Assembly (NCBI GenBank): GCA_016868915.1
Contig: VGFL01000001.1
Span: 1-58,648, forward strand
Direction of reading: 5' to 3'
DNA length: 58,648 bases
From: Bacteroidota bacterium
Lineage (GTDB): Bacteria > Bacteroidota > Bacteroidia > Flavobacteriales_D > Crocinitomicaceae
In this document: piece after piece, positions 45,279 through 55,979 of the stretch
Position numbering within the stretch: the stretch's first letter is position 1
How the letters are laid out: each line of letters begins with the position of its first letter
Translations under genes and position numbers: made by a program
Notes under the pieces: model-generated
The model's database searches: none
What the model was told of the DNA's origin: nothing
The model's input: only the letters and a program-made list of their open reading frames with translations

Positions 45279-46616
45279 TTAAAAATCGAATGTTTCCATG
45301 AATTTTGTGGTAAAATTCCCTTTTTTGAAATCGTCGTTTTCCATTAATTTTTGATGGAAAGGGATCGTTGTTTTAATACCTTCAATGATATATTCATCCA
45401 AAGCTCGTTTCATTTTTAAAATGGCTTCCTCGCGAGTTTGTGCTACAACGATTAGCTTGGAAATCATTGAGTCATAGTTGGGTGGAATTATATAACCAGA
45501 ATAAACATGAGCATCAATTCTTACACCGTGTCCGCCTGGACAATGGTATTCGGTAATTCTTCCCGGTGATGGACGAAAATCTGTATGCGGATCCTCTGCA
45601 TTGATTCTACACTGAATAGCATGGCGCATTACCGGAATATAGTTTTTGCCTGAAATTTTTTCTCCCGCTGCAATTTTTATTTGCTCTTTAATAAGATCAA
45701 AATTGATTACTTCTTCGGTGATTGTGTGTTCAACTTGAATCCGCGTATTCATTTCCATAAAATAGAAATCCCGATTCTTATCAACTAAAAATTCTACCGT
45801 TCCTACACCTTCGTATTTTACTGCTTTGGCAGCTTTTATCGCTGCATTTCCCATTTTTTTGCGAAGGTTGTCTGTCATAAATGGTGAAGGCGTTTCTTCT
45901 ACCAGCTTTTGATGGCGTCTTTGTATTGAACAATCTCTTTCTGAAAGGTGACACGCATTCCCATACTGATCTCCTGCAATTTGAATTTCGATGTGACGAG
46001 GTTCTTCAATGAATTTCTCCATGTAAATTCCGTCATTTCCAAATGCCGCTCCAGCCTCTTGACGGGCTGAGTCCCAAGCGGCTTCAATATCTTCCTCCTT
46101 CCAAACGATACGCATTCCCTTTCCACCGCCCCCAGCAGTTGCTTTTAAAATAATCGGATATTTTATTTCTTTGGCCGTTTTTTTTGCGTCGGCTAAATCC
46201 TTTAAAAGCCCTTTTGAACCTGGAATACAAGGAACCCCGGCTTTTAACATGGTTGCTTTTGCAGTTGCTTTATCTCCCATTCCGGCAATTTGATCGGGGA
46301 GGGCTCCAATAAACTTGATACCGTGTTCCTGACAAACTTTTGAAAATTTTTCATTCTCTGAGAGAAAACCGTACCCTGGGTGAATTGCATCGGCATTAGT
46401 GATTTCCGCAGCTGCTATAATATTTGGAATAGACAAATAAGACTTTGCACTAATTGGGGGGCCAATACAAACGGCTTCATCTGCAAAGCGCACAGGTAAA
46501 CTATCTTTATCCGCAGTAGAATAAACGGCTACCGTTTTAATTCCCATTTCTTTACATGTCCTTATGACGCGCAAGGCTATTTCACCACGATTAGCGACTA
46601 AAACTTTTTTAAACAT
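45279..46616 (-). CDS. accC: acetyl-CoA carboxylase biotin carboxylase subunit
   Basis: 445 aa. N-terminus [23 protein letters not shown]-grasp motifs, [15 protein letters not shown]. Confidence 0.92.
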   Translation of the reverse strand: MFKKVLVANRGEIALRVIRTCKEMGIKTVAVYSTADKDSLPVRFADEAVCIGPPISAKSYLSIPNIIAAAEITNADAIHPGYGFLSENEKFSKVCQEHGIKFIGALPDQIAGMGDKATAKATMLKAGVPCIPGSKGLLKDLADAKKTAKEIKYPIILKATAGGGGKGMRIVWKEEDIEAAWDSARQEAGAAFGNDGIYMEKFIEEPRHIEIQIAGDQYGNACHLSERDCSIQRRHQKLVEETPSPFMTDNLRKKMGNAAIKAAKAVKYEGVGTVEFLVDKNRDFYFMEMNTRIQVEHTITEEVINFDLIKEQIKIAAGEKISGKNYIPVMRHAIQCRINAEDPHTDFRPSPGRITEYHCPGGHGVRIDAHVYSGYIIPPNYDSMISKLIVVAQTREEAILKMKRALDEYIIEGIKTTIPFHQKLMENDDFKKGNFTTKFMETFDF

Positions 46617-46631
46617 AAACTACGGTTTAAA

Positions 46632-47126
46632 TTAGGCTGGTTCAACTAAAAATAAAGGCTGATCATACTCAACGGGTGATGCATCCTCAATCAATACTCT
46701 GACTATTTTCCCTGATATCTCTGACTCAATCTCGTTGAATAACTTCATTGCTTCAATGATACAAACCTTATCTCCTTTTTGAACTATACTTCCTACAGAC
46801 ACAAACGCATCTTTATCAGGACCCGAAGAACGATAAAACGTACCAATCATTGGGGATTTAACCGTAATAAGTTTAGAATCTTCTTGAGGGTCCGAAGAGT
46901 TCTGAACATCAGGAGCCTGCTTGACGGGAGGCGAACTAGGAGCGGGAGCAACAGCCGGAGTTGAAATTACCGGTGCAGGAGCGGACTGAACGATTATTGG
47001 CTGTTCTAATCCACGTGCTTTTTCGGCTTTAATAATAATTTTAAAATCCTTTTTTTCAATTTCTAACTCAGTCAGACCAGATTTAGAAACTAATTTCATT
47101 AAATCTTGTATCTCATTTAAATTCAT
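46632..47126 (-). CDS. accB: acetyl-CoA carboxylase biotin carboxyl carrier protein
   Basis: 164 aa. Pro/Ala-rich linker. Biotinyl-lysine motif [13 protein letters not shown]. Confidence 0.9.
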   Translation of the reverse strand: MNLNEIQDLMKLVSKSGLTELEIEKKDFKIIIKAEKARGLEQPIIVQSAPAPVISTPAVAPAPSSPPVKQAPDVQNSSDPQEDSKLITVKSPMIGTFYRSSGPDKDAFVSVGSIVQKGDKVCIIEAMKLFNEIESEISGKIVRVLIEDASPVEYDQPLFLVEPA

Positions 47127-47149
47127 AAAACTATTTTTTGTAAATATAA

Positions 47150-48142
47150 TTATTTTGGATTATACGCCCACTTTAAATAAACCGCACCCCAGGTAAACCC
47201 ACCTCCAAATGCTGATAAAATCAAAGTATCTCCTTTACGAAGTTGGCTTTCATAATCCCATAAACACAAGGGCAAAGTTCCCGCGGTTGTATTTCCATAT
47301 TTTTGAATATTTATCATTACCTTTTCCTTTGGAAGCCCCATTCGATCTGCTGTGGCGTCTATAATTCTCAAGTTGGCCTGATGCGGAACAAGCCAATCAA
47401 CATCTTCACTTCTAAGGTTGTTTTTTTCCATGATTTCAACTGAAACCTCCGCCATATTTGTAACCGCAAACTTGAAAACTTGCTTACCCTCTTGTTTTAC
47501 AAAATGCATTCTGTTTTCAACGGTTTCAATAGTTGGCGGATTGGCGGATCCGCCCGCGGGCTGAATCAAATATTGTCTCCCCGAGCCATCACTTTTTAAA
47601 ATAAAATCCAAAACACCCAATCCTTCTTCATTTGGCTCAAGTAGTACGGCTCCGGCTCCATCTCCAAATATAACACAAGTAGTTCTATCTTGATAATCTA
47701 AAATAGATGTCATTTTATCTACACCAACTACCACAACTTTTTTATATCTGCCCGTTTCAATAAATTGGGCTCCTGTTGCCAAAGCATAAATGAATCCTGA
47801 ACAGGCCGCTATCAAATCAAAACCCCAAGCGTTTGTCATGCCGGTCTTATCGCACAAAACATTGGCTGTACTTGGAAAAGGATAATCGGGCGTTACCGTA
47901 GCCAGTACCACCAAATCAATATCTAGAGGATTAGTATTTGTTTTAGAAAGCAGTCCTTTAACGGCCTCCGTCGCCAAATCAGAAGAAGCGCCATCTCGAA
48001 TAATTCTGCGCTCTTTAATTCCTGTCCTTGTTGTAATCCACTCGTCTGATGTATCAACAATTTTAGCCAGATCTTCATTTGATAAAACCTCATCAGGAAC
48101 ATATCCCTGAACCCCAGTAATAGATGCTGTTATTTTTTTCAT
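47150..48142 (-). CDS. fabH: beta-ketoacyl-ACP synthase III
   Basis: 330 aa. Active-site [19 protein letters not shown] and [10 protein letters not shown]. Confidence 0.9.
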   Translation of the reverse strand: MKKITASITGVQGYVPDEVLSNEDLAKIVDTSDEWITTRTGIKERRIIRDGASSDLATEAVKGLLSKTNTNPLDIDLVVLATVTPDYPFPSTANVLCDKTGMTNAWGFDLIAACSGFIYALATGAQFIETGRYKKVVVVGVDKMTSILDYQDRTTCVIFGDGAGAVLLEPNEEGLGVLDFILKSDGSGRQYLIQPAGGSANPPTIETVENRMHFVKQEGKQVFKFAVTNMAEVSVEIMEKNNLRSEDVDWLVPHQANLRIIDATADRMGLPKEKVMINIQKYGNTTAGTLPLCLWDYESQLRKGDTLILSAFGGGFTWGAVYLKWAYNPK

Positions 48143-49083
48143 TGGCTATTAAATGCTTGATTTAGTTTTTCTGATAGTTTTGAATTAGCCACTTGATACG
48201 AATGCAAAATCATGTTTTTTACGGCAATATTATTTGATATTCCATGTCCAATAATCGCATTCCCTTTAACTCCTAAAATTGGCGTCCCTCCATAATTTTC
48301 ATAATTAAACCTATCAAAATATTCGTCTCTAATCCCCCGCTTACGCATTAGGGCATATATTCCTTCGGCCTCTTTCAGAACAATATTTCCCGTATATCCA
48401 TCGCACACAATTACGTCTGCTTTCCCAAGAAATAAATCTCTCCCCTCTAAATTTCCGACAAAGTTTATTTCATCTGATTTTGAAAGCAATCCATAAGCGG
48501 AAATAGTTAATAGATTCCCTTTTGATTCTTCTTCTCCAATATTTAAAAGCGCGACTCTTGGAGCTTCAACTCCATAAACCGACTTAGCGTAGAGGGCTCC
48601 TAATACTGCAAATTGGTATAAAACATCTACTTTACAATCTGCATTCGATCCTACGTCAAGTAAAATGGTTTTTGAGCCATCAATTGCAGGAAGAGTTGAA
48701 GTTATGCAAGGGCGAATTACTCCCGGTATAGTATTGAGTTTATAAATAGCCCCTACCAGCATTGCCCCTGTATTTCCTGTGCTTGCGAAAGCGTCTAACT
48801 CTCCTTTAACAAGTAAATCAAATCCTCGAGAAATAGAACTATTTGGTTTTTGCGGAATTGCCCTGGTTGGATGATCCTGCATAGTAATGACATCTGGGGC
48901 GTGAATAATTTCGAATCTATTTGAGTCGATATTAAATTTAGAAAGACAGCTTTCTATCTCGTTTTTATCGCCAAGAAAAACAATAATAACTTCTTTCGGC
49001 AATTCATTTAATGCCAAAATAGAACCATCAATGTTAACGTCAGGAGCGAAGTCTCCTCCGAGTACATCAATTCCGATTTTCAT
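48139..49083 (-). CDS. plsX: phosphate acyltransferase PlsX
   Basis: 314 aa. N-terminus [14 protein letters not shown]. Conserved position between rpmF and fabH. Confidence 0.88.
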   Translation of the reverse strand: MKIGIDVLGGDFAPDVNIDGSILALNELPKEVIIVFLGDKNEIESCLSKFNIDSNRFEIIHAPDVITMQDHPTRAIPQKPNSSISRGFDLLVKGELDAFASTGNTGAMLVGAIYKLNTIPGVIRPCITSTLPAIDGSKTILLDVGSNADCKVDVLYQFAVLGALYAKSVYGVEAPRVALLNIGEEESKGNLLTISAYGLLSKSDEINFVGNLEGRDLFLGKADVIVCDGYTGNIVLKEAEGIYALMRKRGIRDEYFDRFNYENYGGTPILGVKGNAIIGHGISNNIAVKNMILHSYQVANSKLSEKLNQAFNSQ

Positions 49084-49103
49084 TTGCGGAATTCAATTGT
49101 ATT

Positions 49104-49295
49104 TTAAACGGCGACTTCTTTTTCTGCTACTACTTTCCCTTTGTAGTATAACTTACCTTCATGCCAATGTGCATGATGAAATAAATGAGGCTGTCCGGTA
49201 GTTGGGCAGGTTGCAATATTATTCGCAACAGCATTTTTGTGAGTTCTTCTTTTATCTCTTCGCGTTGTAGAAGTTTTACGCTTAGGATGTGCCAT
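49104..49295 (-). CDS. rpmF: 50S ribosomal protein L32
   Basis: The conserved start [19 protein letters not shown] is at the ATG at 49293-49295. The ORF track extension to 49340 overlaps yceD and is unlikely to be real. Confidence 0.88.
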   Translation of the reverse strand: MAHPKRKTSTTRRDKRRTHKNAVANNIATCPTTGQPHLFHHAHWHEGKLYYKGKVVAEKEVAV

Positions 49296-49312
49296 AATTT
49301 TATTTTTATATT

Positions 49313-49828
49313 TTAATTTAAATTCTTTAATGCCGCCCATCGAGGATCAACATTGCCGATTTGTGGTTCTGCTTTTTTAGAAAAAATATACTTATTCAGG
49401 GATTCTATCATTTCTTTATTGCACATTCCATCTTTGTGAATGATTCGTGCCGGCAAAGAAACAGTAATAAATTCGTAAATCGGTTGAGTAACATCAATCT
49501 GATAACTGTCAGGATGAATAACGACTATTGCCTCATCATCAATTTCTTCGATTCCAAACTTATAAATCAATTTAAAAGAATTTTTTATCTCAAAATCTAC
49601 TGAATCAGCACACAAATTACATTCAGATTCTATTACGCCTTCAATGTGAAAAAACAATATTAGCATTGTTTCTTTTTTTTCAAGGTCAACAGAAACATAA
49701 ATGTTTCCTTTTTGAACCAATGAATAATCTAATTCTTCAAAGAACGCATCATCTATTTTAAAATCAAACAAATGATGTCCCGTTTTTAATCCTGCAAAGG
49801 AAATAGTATAATCGGATTTTCTCTTCAT
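49313..49828 (-). CDS. yceD: YceD/DUF177 family protein
   Basis: 171 aa. CxxC...C motifs ([14 protein letters not shown]). Conserved position directly upstream of rpmF. Confidence 0.75.
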   Translation of the reverse strand: MKRKSDYTISFAGLKTGHHLFDFKIDDAFFEELDYSLVQKGNIYVSVDLEKKETMLILFFHIEGVIESECNLCADSVDFEIKNSFKLIYKFGIEEIDDEAIVVIHPDSYQIDVTQPIYEFITVSLPARIIHKDGMCNKEMIESLNKYIFSKKAEPQIGNVDPRWAALKNLN

Positions 49829-49853
49829 AATTCCTTTAGATTAAAACAGAGCG

Positions 49854-49861
49854 CAAATGTA
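49854..49861 (-). promoter_or_regulatory. candidate -7 promoter box TACATTTG for the yceD-rpmF-plsX-fabH-accBC string
   Basis: Exact TAnnTTTG on the minus strand, 25 nt upstream of the yceD ATG. Confidence 0.35.
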
Positions 49862-49919
49862 AGAAAATTCATTGAAATCAAAAAATGTAGCACTAATAAA
49901 CCTAATAATTGAATCGCAT

Positions 49920-51008
49920 TTAATCGCGCTCACCCCTGTCTCCTTCAATTTTTTTTACAGGAAGAGGGTTTAGATTAATTTCTTTTACAAATTTCCTGGA
50001 TTTTAATATATCGCATGCCGCATAGATTGCTGAGCGGAAAGAATTTTCAGATGCTTCATTTTTTCCCGCAATATCATAAGCAGTTCCGTGGTCGGGTGAT
50101 GTGCGCACAATGGGTAATCCTGCTGTAAAATTGACCCCGTCGTCAAAAGCGATTGCCTTAAACGCTGCCAATCCCTGATCATGATACATTGCCAACACCC
50201 CATCAAATTGATATCTAAGTTTGGAACCAAAAAAACCATCCGCTGAGTATGGCCCGAAAATAAGCTTCCCCTGGCTTTTGGCTGATTGAACTGCGGGTAA
50301 AATTATCTCTTTTTCTTCTTGACCTAATTTTCCGTTTTCGCCAGCGTGTGGATTTAATCCAAGCACGGCTATTCGCGGCTTTAGTATCGCAAAATCTTTT
50401 TTCAAGGAGTCCTCAAATTGTTGAACCCTCTGAAGAATCTTGTCTTTAGTAATTTTAAGAGAAACCTCTTTGAGAGGCACGTGCACTGTAACTAACGCGA
50501 CTCGCAATTCCCCCGCCATTAAAATCATTAGTGCTTCATCTACACCTGACATTTCTGCTAAATATTCTGTGTGTCCTGAAAATTTAAACCCCGATTTGCT
50601 TACCTCATCTTTTGAAAATGGCGCGGTAACAAGAACGTCTATTTTACCGTCTGCTAAATCTTGAGATGCTTTTTCAAGCGATTGAATAGCGCATTTCCCT
50701 GAATCAGAAGTGGGGCTACCCGGGGTGATCTGAACTTCTTCACTCCAAACATTTATAACATTATTCTTTCGCATTTGTATTTCTTTTGCATCTCGAATTG
50801 TTTGGTAATTAAACTCCAAATCGTTTAACTGTTTTTTGTAAAAAGATATCACTTTTGAAGACCCATAAATCACTGGTGTTAAGCCGAGTAATATCCTCGA
50901 ATCTTTTAATGCTTTGATAATTATCTCTGGGCCGATACCATTTATATCCCCTATTGTAATGCCTACTTTAAGCTGATTGGAATTTGCGGTTTCCTTTTCT
51001 TTCTCCAT
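49920..51008 (-). CDS. pdxA: 4-hydroxythreonine-4-phosphate dehydrogenase
   Basis: 362 aa. GITIGDINGIGPEII, GHTEYLAE and RTSPDHGTAYDIAGK motifs. Confidence 0.88.
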   Translation of the reverse strand: MEKEKETANSNQLKVGITIGDINGIGPEIIIKALKDSRILLGLTPVIYGSSKVISFYKKQLNDLEFNYQTIRDAKEIQMRKNNVINVWSEEVQITPGSPTSDSGKCAIQSLEKASQDLADGKIDVLVTAPFSKDEVSKSGFKFSGHTEYLAEMSGVDEALMILMAGELRVALVTVHVPLKEVSLKITKDKILQRVQQFEDSLKKDFAILKPRIAVLGLNPHAGENGKLGQEEKEIILPAVQSAKSQGKLIFGPYSADGFFGSKLRYQFDGVLAMYHDQGLAAFKAIAFDDGVNFTAGLPIVRTSPDHGTAYDIAGKNEASENSFRSAIYAACDILKSRKFVKEINLNPLPVKKIEGDRGERD

Positions 51009-52429
51009 TAGTTTGTCCTATTTTTTAAAAATTGATAGAGCAATCGAACCCCTGAACCAGTCCCTCCTTTTGTGCGATATCCATCCTTTGCGTCTAGCCA
51101 AGTTGGCCCAGCCACATCGATATGAATATATGGGGCTTTTACAAATTGTTCTAAAAATTTTCCCGCCGTTATCATACCTGCATTGGGACCCCCAATATTT
51201 TTTAAATCGGCAATTGAAGACTTCATCTCTTTTAAATATTCATCCCAAAATGGAAAACGCACCACGCGCTCATATACTTTGTTCCCCGCTTCCTCTAACT
51301 CATTAAAATATGAATCATTTGCATTCCCCATCATAATACTAGCATGCGTCCCTATAGCCCTCAAAGCAGCCCCTGTCAAGGTTGCGGCATCAATCACTAT
51401 TTCTGGCTTATACCTATCCGCATAAGTCAATGCATCCGCCAAAATTAATCTGCCTTCTGCATCCGTATTTAACACCTCAACAGTCGATCCGTTGTGCATG
51501 GTTAAAATATCGCCCGGCGTGTAAGCGTCCATTCCTGGCCTATTGTCCGTTGCGGGAATCAATACAACCAAATGAATTTTTAGCTTTTGAAGAGCAGATA
51601 AATAGATTGCACCCGCCATAGCTGCTGCACCCGCCATATCGCACTTCATGCAATCCATTGATCCAGGTGTCGGTTTTAAGCTTAGCCCCCCCGTATCATA
51701 AACCACGCCTTTGCCTACAAGAATAATTGGTTTTTCATTAACTGCTTTTGAATGTTTGTATTCCGCGATCGTAAACGTAGGCGGATCGATTGACCCCCGA
51801 TTGACCCCAAGTAGCCCGCCCATTTTCAATGCTTCAATTTGTGCTTTTTGAAGTACATTCACCGAAAACCCTGCCTCATTTCCAGCATTTGTAATTTCCT
51901 CTGCTAACTTTACTGCGGTTAGAAAAGAAACGGGTTCATTAACCAAGTCCCGCGTCCAATAAACAACCTTACAAGTATTCCAAACCTCCTTTACCTTTGA
52001 GTCCCCGATCGCATTTGAAAGAATAATCTCAGACAATTTGTTTTTACATTCGTCTTTTTTTGAAAAATATTTAATGAATTGATAATTTGCTAATATCAGC
52101 CCTTCTGAAAATTTTAATACTGCATTCTCCGGGCCGCTTATTTGTATTTTCTCCAGTTTTTGACCAATATGCTGTTGAACAACGGCCCCTGCAATTCGTA
52201 GATGTTCCTCACTTTGTTCACTGTAAATTGCAAACGCTAAAAACTCACCCTTTTTAATATAGTCTATCTTTTCATTTGAATTTGAAATTTGCTTTAAATG
52301 TTCTCTTGTAAATAGACTATTGCTAATTTTATTTTTGAGGTCTTTATTTGAAAATAAAAAAACTATTGAAAGATCTTCTGAAAATGAGTTACATTGAGAT
52401 ATTTGCAGCATCGAATATGTTTTCCACAA
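51008..52429 (-). CDS. pepA: leucyl aminopeptidase (M17 family)
   Basis: 473 aa. VGKGVVYDTGG, MKCDMAGAA and NTDAEGRLILADAL signatures. The start may instead be M7 at 52411. Confidence 0.85.
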   Translation of the reverse strand: MWKTYSMLQISQCNSFSEDLSIVFLFSNKDLKNKISNSLFTREHLKQISNSNEKIDYIKKGEFLAFAIYSEQSEEHLRIAGAVVQQHIGQKLEKIQISGPENAVLKFSEGLILANYQFIKYFSKKDECKNKLSEIILSNAIGDSKVKEVWNTCKVVYWTRDLVNEPVSFLTAVKLAEEITNAGNEAGFSVNVLQKAQIEALKMGGLLGVNRGSIDPPTFTIAEYKHSKAVNEKPIILVGKGVVYDTGGLSLKPTPGSMDCMKCDMAGAAAMAGAIYLSALQKLKIHLVVLIPATDNRPGMDAYTPGDILTMHNGSTVEVLNTDAEGRLILADALTYADRYKPEIVIDAATLTGAALRAIGTHASIMMGNANDSYFNELEEAGNKVYERVVRFPFWDEYLKEMKSSIADLKNIGGPNAGMITAGKFLEQFVKAPYIHIDVAGPTWLDAKDGYRTKGGTGSGVRLLYQFLKNRTN

Positions 52430-52443
52430 AGGTAATAAAGTAT

Positions 52444-53490
52444 TTAAGGTTGATGGCTAAAAATCGTTCGGTTTTGCTCCAAATATCTCTCCATCAAGCG
52501 TGGAAGAGGATATTCATTTAGAATCAATACCGGAATTTCTATTACGTCGGGTGAGTTTAAAAATAAAGAATCTGAAAACACAATGAACTTAGCATATAAA
52601 TGCTGATGTGATAAAATGTGTTTATATAAAGTAGAAATTGTTCTAATTTTATTTTTATTGTCTGATAAAAATTCATCCATTTGCTCAACACTCTCAAATT
52701 CTATTTTAGGAAACTCAAACATATTTTTCCATATATCGTTTTCAGTTTTTTTTCTAAGGCGAACCGTTTCTCTATTTTCATCCAAATAAACAAAATAAAC
52801 AAAATATCTATTTCGGATTTTAGGCTTCCCCTTCTTCGCCGGCAATGAAGTAATTGTATTATTTTTAAATGCCTCGCAATATATATTTAACGTGCAAATT
52901 TCACAATTTGGCTTCCCTGGAACACATTGAAGGGCTCCAAATTCCATAATGGCTTGATTAAAAAGTGCGGGTTGGATTTTATCCAATAGTTCATTGGCTA
53001 AAAAAATAAATTGTTTTTTTCCCTCTGAGGTGTCTATTGGTATAGCTAAATTAAAAATTCGACTTAACACCCTGTAAACATTCCCATCAAGTACTGCATA
53101 AACTTGATCAAACGCAAAGGAAGCTATTGCGGCAGCCGTGTATTCTCCAACCCCTTTTAATGCCAAAATCTCAGTGTGTTTTGATGGGAAAACGGAATTT
53201 AACTCTTTAACAATGTACTTTGCTGTTGTGTGTAAATTTCTTGCGCGAGAATAATACCCCAAACCCTGCCACATTGATAGAACTTCTTGTTCTGAGGCTG
53301 AGGCTAATCCTTCAATTTTTGGATATTTTTTTACAAATCTTTCAAAATAGCTCTTACCTTGAGCCACACGTGTTTGTTGCAAAATCACCTCACTCAACCA
53401 AATATAATATGGGTTTTTAGTCCTTCGCCATGGCAGGTCGCGCTTGTTTTCTAAATACCAATTTTTAATTAGCGCTTGAATTTCAGTCAT
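52444..53490 (-). CDS. mutY: A/G-specific adenine DNA glycosylase
   Basis: 348 aa. LPWR...PYYIWLSEVILQQTRV, HhH LKGVGEYTAAAI, an Fe-S cluster loop C-x6-C-x2-C-x5-C, and a NUDIX-like C-terminal domain. Confidence 0.88.
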   Translation of the reverse strand: MTEIQALIKNWYLENKRDLPWRRTKNPYYIWLSEVILQQTRVAQGKSYFERFVKKYPKIEGLASASEQEVLSMWQGLGYYSRARNLHTTAKYIVKELNSVFPSKHTEILALKGVGEYTAAAIASFAFDQVYAVLDGNVYRVLSRIFNLAIPIDTSEGKKQFIFLANELLDKIQPALFNQAIMEFGALQCVPGKPNCEICTLNIYCEAFKNNTITSLPAKKGKPKIRNRYFVYFVYLDENRETVRLRKKTENDIWKNMFEFPKIEFESVEQMDEFLSDNKNKIRTISTLYKHILSHQHLYAKFIVFSDSLFLNSPDVIEIPVLILNEYPLPRLMERYLEQNRTIFSHQP

Positions 53491-53547
53491 TTAACGCAAT
53501 TGTGAAAAAAAAATCCATATAAAAGCACTTTTACAACTAATGCTGAT

Positions 53548-53555
53548 TAAATTTG
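53548..53555 (+). promoter_or_regulatory. candidate -7 promoter box TAAATTTG for the HU gene
   Basis: Exact TAnnTTTG match 41 nt upstream of the ATG at 53597. Confidence 0.35.
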
Positions 53556-53596
53556 TAGCGCAAAATTACTAATATTTAACTCTTAAAAAATAAATT

Positions 53597-53878
53597 ATGA
53601 CCAAGGCAAACGTTGTCAACGAAATCGTACAAGAAACAGGACTTGAAAAAGCTGAAGCACTAAAAGCTGTTGAAGCATTCATGAGTTCCATTAAAAATTC
53701 ATTAACCAAGGGACAAAACGTATACTTGAGGGGTTTTGGTAGTTTTATTGTAAAGGAAAGAGCGGAAAAAACAGCGCGAAATATTTCAAAAAACACAGCG
53801 ATAATAATCCCCGCTCACAAGATTCCTTCATTCAAACCAGCAAAGACTTTTGTTAGAGAAGTAAAATCTAAAGTATAA
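53597..53878 (+). CDS. hup: HU-family DNA-binding protein
   Basis: 93 aa. RGFGSFIVKERAEKTARNISKNTAIIIPAHKIPSFKPAK beta-arm signature. Confidence 0.85.
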   Translation: MTKANVVNEIVQETGLEKAEALKAVEAFMSSIKNSLTKGQNVYLRGFGSFIVKERAEKTARNISKNTAIIIPAHKIPSFKPAKTFVREVKSKV

Positions 53879-53992
53879 ATCAAAACGCTTACCTCGAAGG
53901 GCTTCAGCTATTTGGGCTGACTATTTTACGTTTTAGTGATTTACTCAGCCCTCTTGTTGTTAAAATTGACGTGGAGGGGCGGTCTAAAAAGG

Positions 53993-55897
53993 CTAATTGG
54001 CCTCAACCCAATCCCCGTTCTCTTTGATAAGATCAATTAATGCTTGAACAGCTTCATCTTCAGCTACATTTTTACGTACCACCGTTTTTTCTTTGTACAG
54101 ATTAATCTTCCCCGGACCCGTTCCCACATATCCGTAGTCGGCATCGGCCATTTCGCCCGGTCCATTTACAATACAGCCCATAATCCCAATTTTTATTCCT
54201 TTCAAATGAGAAGTGCGTTCTCGGATTTTAGCGGTTGTTTCTTGCAAGTCAAAAAGTGTTCTTCCACATGACGGACATGAAATATACTCTGTTTTAGAAA
54301 TCCGAGTTCGGGTTGCTTGTAAAATTCCGAAGGCAGTTGAATTCATCAAAGTAGAAGGTTGATTACCGGATAGCCACAACCCATCTCCGAAGCCATCAAT
54401 GAAAAGCGAGCCACAATCACTAGAAACATACAATTGAAAGGTTTCCGCATCTGACGAATAATTTTCAACCTTTAAAATAATAGGAACATCTAACTTTTGA
54501 TTCAATAGCTCAACAAAAACCTTTCTAAAAAGCTGCGTTTTGTTAGAATATTTGGTTTTTAATACAAGCACCAAATTAGGGTATTCTTGAAGGTTGCTTG
54601 GTAATGCGTCTGAACATTCAAGCGCTAAAAACGCTCGTTGTTCCCTGCTTAATTGTGATAATTCATTTTTCTGAACAAAAGGATAATATCCAACTTTATT
54701 CTCGTAATTCTTCTTCCAAACGCTAAAATCAACAAGAATTCCCAAAGTTCCCGGCACTTCAAAATCAAGCATGTTTTGACCAATATACACGTAATCAGCA
54801 GCTAAATCTTGTAAATTCCATTTATCCAGTTGAATAGAATAATTATAGCCAAAGCCATAGAAATTTGCGGTTGTAATTTGTTGTTTTTCAGATAAATCAG
54901 CAACAACTACAGGAACATATTTTCCTCCAATATTGTGAAGTTCTTTTGTTAATCGACGAGAATATGAAAATGGATTATACGGTAATTCAGACAACGATTC
55001 TCCAATTTTAAAATCATTCGTTGAATTGAATTTTTCAGCTAATTTCTGAGCAACGGGTATTTCAAATTCCGGTTCTTCGGTCAATGAAACACGAATGGTA
55101 TCTCCTATTCCATCTTCAAGTAATGCGCCTATTCCAACGGCAGATTTAATTCTTCCGTCTTCACCATCCCCAGCTTCTGTAACTCCTAAATGCAGTGGGT
55201 AGCAACGTCCATTTTTTAGCATTTCTGCAACCAATAAACGGTACGCCTGAACCATCACGAGCGTATTACTCGCCTTCATTGAAATGACCAAATTGAAATA
55301 ATTATTTTTCTCACAAATTCGAATAAACTCGAAGGCAGATTCAACCATCCCTTCCGGTGTATCTCCATATCGACTTAAAATCCGATCTGAAAGTGACCCA
55401 TGATTTGTACCTATTCGCATTGCAGTATTGTATTCCTTGCAAATAACAACCAAGGGAGTAAATTTTTCTTCAATACGTTTTAATTCATTTTGATAGCTTT
55501 CATCTGTATAATCAATTTCTTCAAACTTCTTTTTGTCTGCATAATTACCAGGGTTCACTCTTACTTTTTCTACCAATCGTGCTGCTATTTCTGCAGCATT
55601 GGGTGTAAAATGAATATCGGCAACCAAAGGAGTCGAATACCCCCTCTTTATTAATTCATCTCGGATTTTCCCAAGATTTTCAGCTTCATTCTTGCTTGGC
55701 GCTGTTAGTCGAACCAATTCGCAACCTGCATCAATCATTCGAATCGACTGTTCAACCGATTTTTCGGTCTCCATAGTATCGGTTGTTGTCATGGACTGTA
55801 AGCGAAGGGGGTTTGTTCCGCCTATTTTAAGTCTCCCAATAGATACTTCACGTGTTGGAATTCGTTTTCTTGACAAGAACTCTAAACAATATTTCAT
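53993..55897 (-). CDS. ispG: (E)-4-hydroxy-3-methylbut-2-enyl-diphosphate synthase, long form with inserted domain
   Basis: 634 aa. The N-terminal TIM-barrel part (IGGTNPLRLQSMTTTDT, RVNPGNY) and the C-terminal 4Fe-4S part (YISCPSCGRT, GIMGCIVNGPGE) are separated by an insert of about 270 aa, as known for the Bacteroidota/Chlamydiae/plant-type IspG. Confidence 0.9.
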   Translation of the reverse strand: MKYCLEFLSRKRIPTREVSIGRLKIGGTNPLRLQSMTTTDTMETEKSVEQSIRMIDAGCELVRLTAPSKNEAENLGKIRDELIKRGYSTPLVADIHFTPNAAEIAARLVEKVRVNPGNYADKKKFEEIDYTDESYQNELKRIEEKFTPLVVICKEYNTAMRIGTNHGSLSDRILSRYGDTPEGMVESAFEFIRICEKNNYFNLVISMKASNTLVMVQAYRLLVAEMLKNGRCYPLHLGVTEAGDGEDGRIKSAVGIGALLEDGIGDTIRVSLTEEPEFEIPVAQKLAEKFNSTNDFKIGESLSELPYNPFSYSRRLTKELHNIGGKYVPVVVADLSEKQQITTANFYGFGYNYSIQLDKWNLQDLAADYVYIGQNMLDFEVPGTLGILVDFSVWKKNYENKVGYYPFVQKNELSQLSREQRAFLALECSDALPSNLQEYPNLVLVLKTKYSNKTQLFRKVFVELLNQKLDVPIILKVENYSSDAETFQLYVSSDCGSLFIDGFGDGLWLSGNQPSTLMNSTAFGILQATRTRISKTEYISCPSCGRTLFDLQETTAKIRERTSHLKGIKIGIMGCIVNGPGEMADADYGYVGTGPGKINLYKEKTVVRKNVAEDEAVQALIDLIKENGDWVEAN

Positions 55898-55902
55898 TAT
55901 TA

Positions 55903-55910
55903 CAAAACTA
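55903..55910 (-). promoter_or_regulatory. candidate -7 promoter box TAGTTTTG for ispG
   Basis: Exact TAnnTTTG on the minus strand, 5 nt upstream of the ispG ATG (55895-55897). Confidence 0.35.
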
Positions 55911-55979
55911 ACAAAGTATTATTTAGTTTGTTGTTTTGTCAAAAATTGTGCGCGATTCAAATAGAAATTCCGAAGAATT

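Noticed and set aside
49296-49340. 15-codon N-terminal extension of rpmF
   Set aside because: L32 proteins begin MA(V/H)PK(R/K)K, which here starts at 49295. The extension would overlap the yceD 3' end.
50977-51306. 109-aa + strand ORF across the pdxA/pepA junction
   Set aside because: It is antisense to two well-supported genes, so it is a shadow ORF.
53914-53951. GGGCTGA ... TCAGCCC inverted repeat downstream of the HU gene, as a possible terminator or small RNA
   Set aside because: A 7-bp stem with a 24-nt loop and a weak T tract is too weak to call as a terminator or structured RNA from sequence alone.
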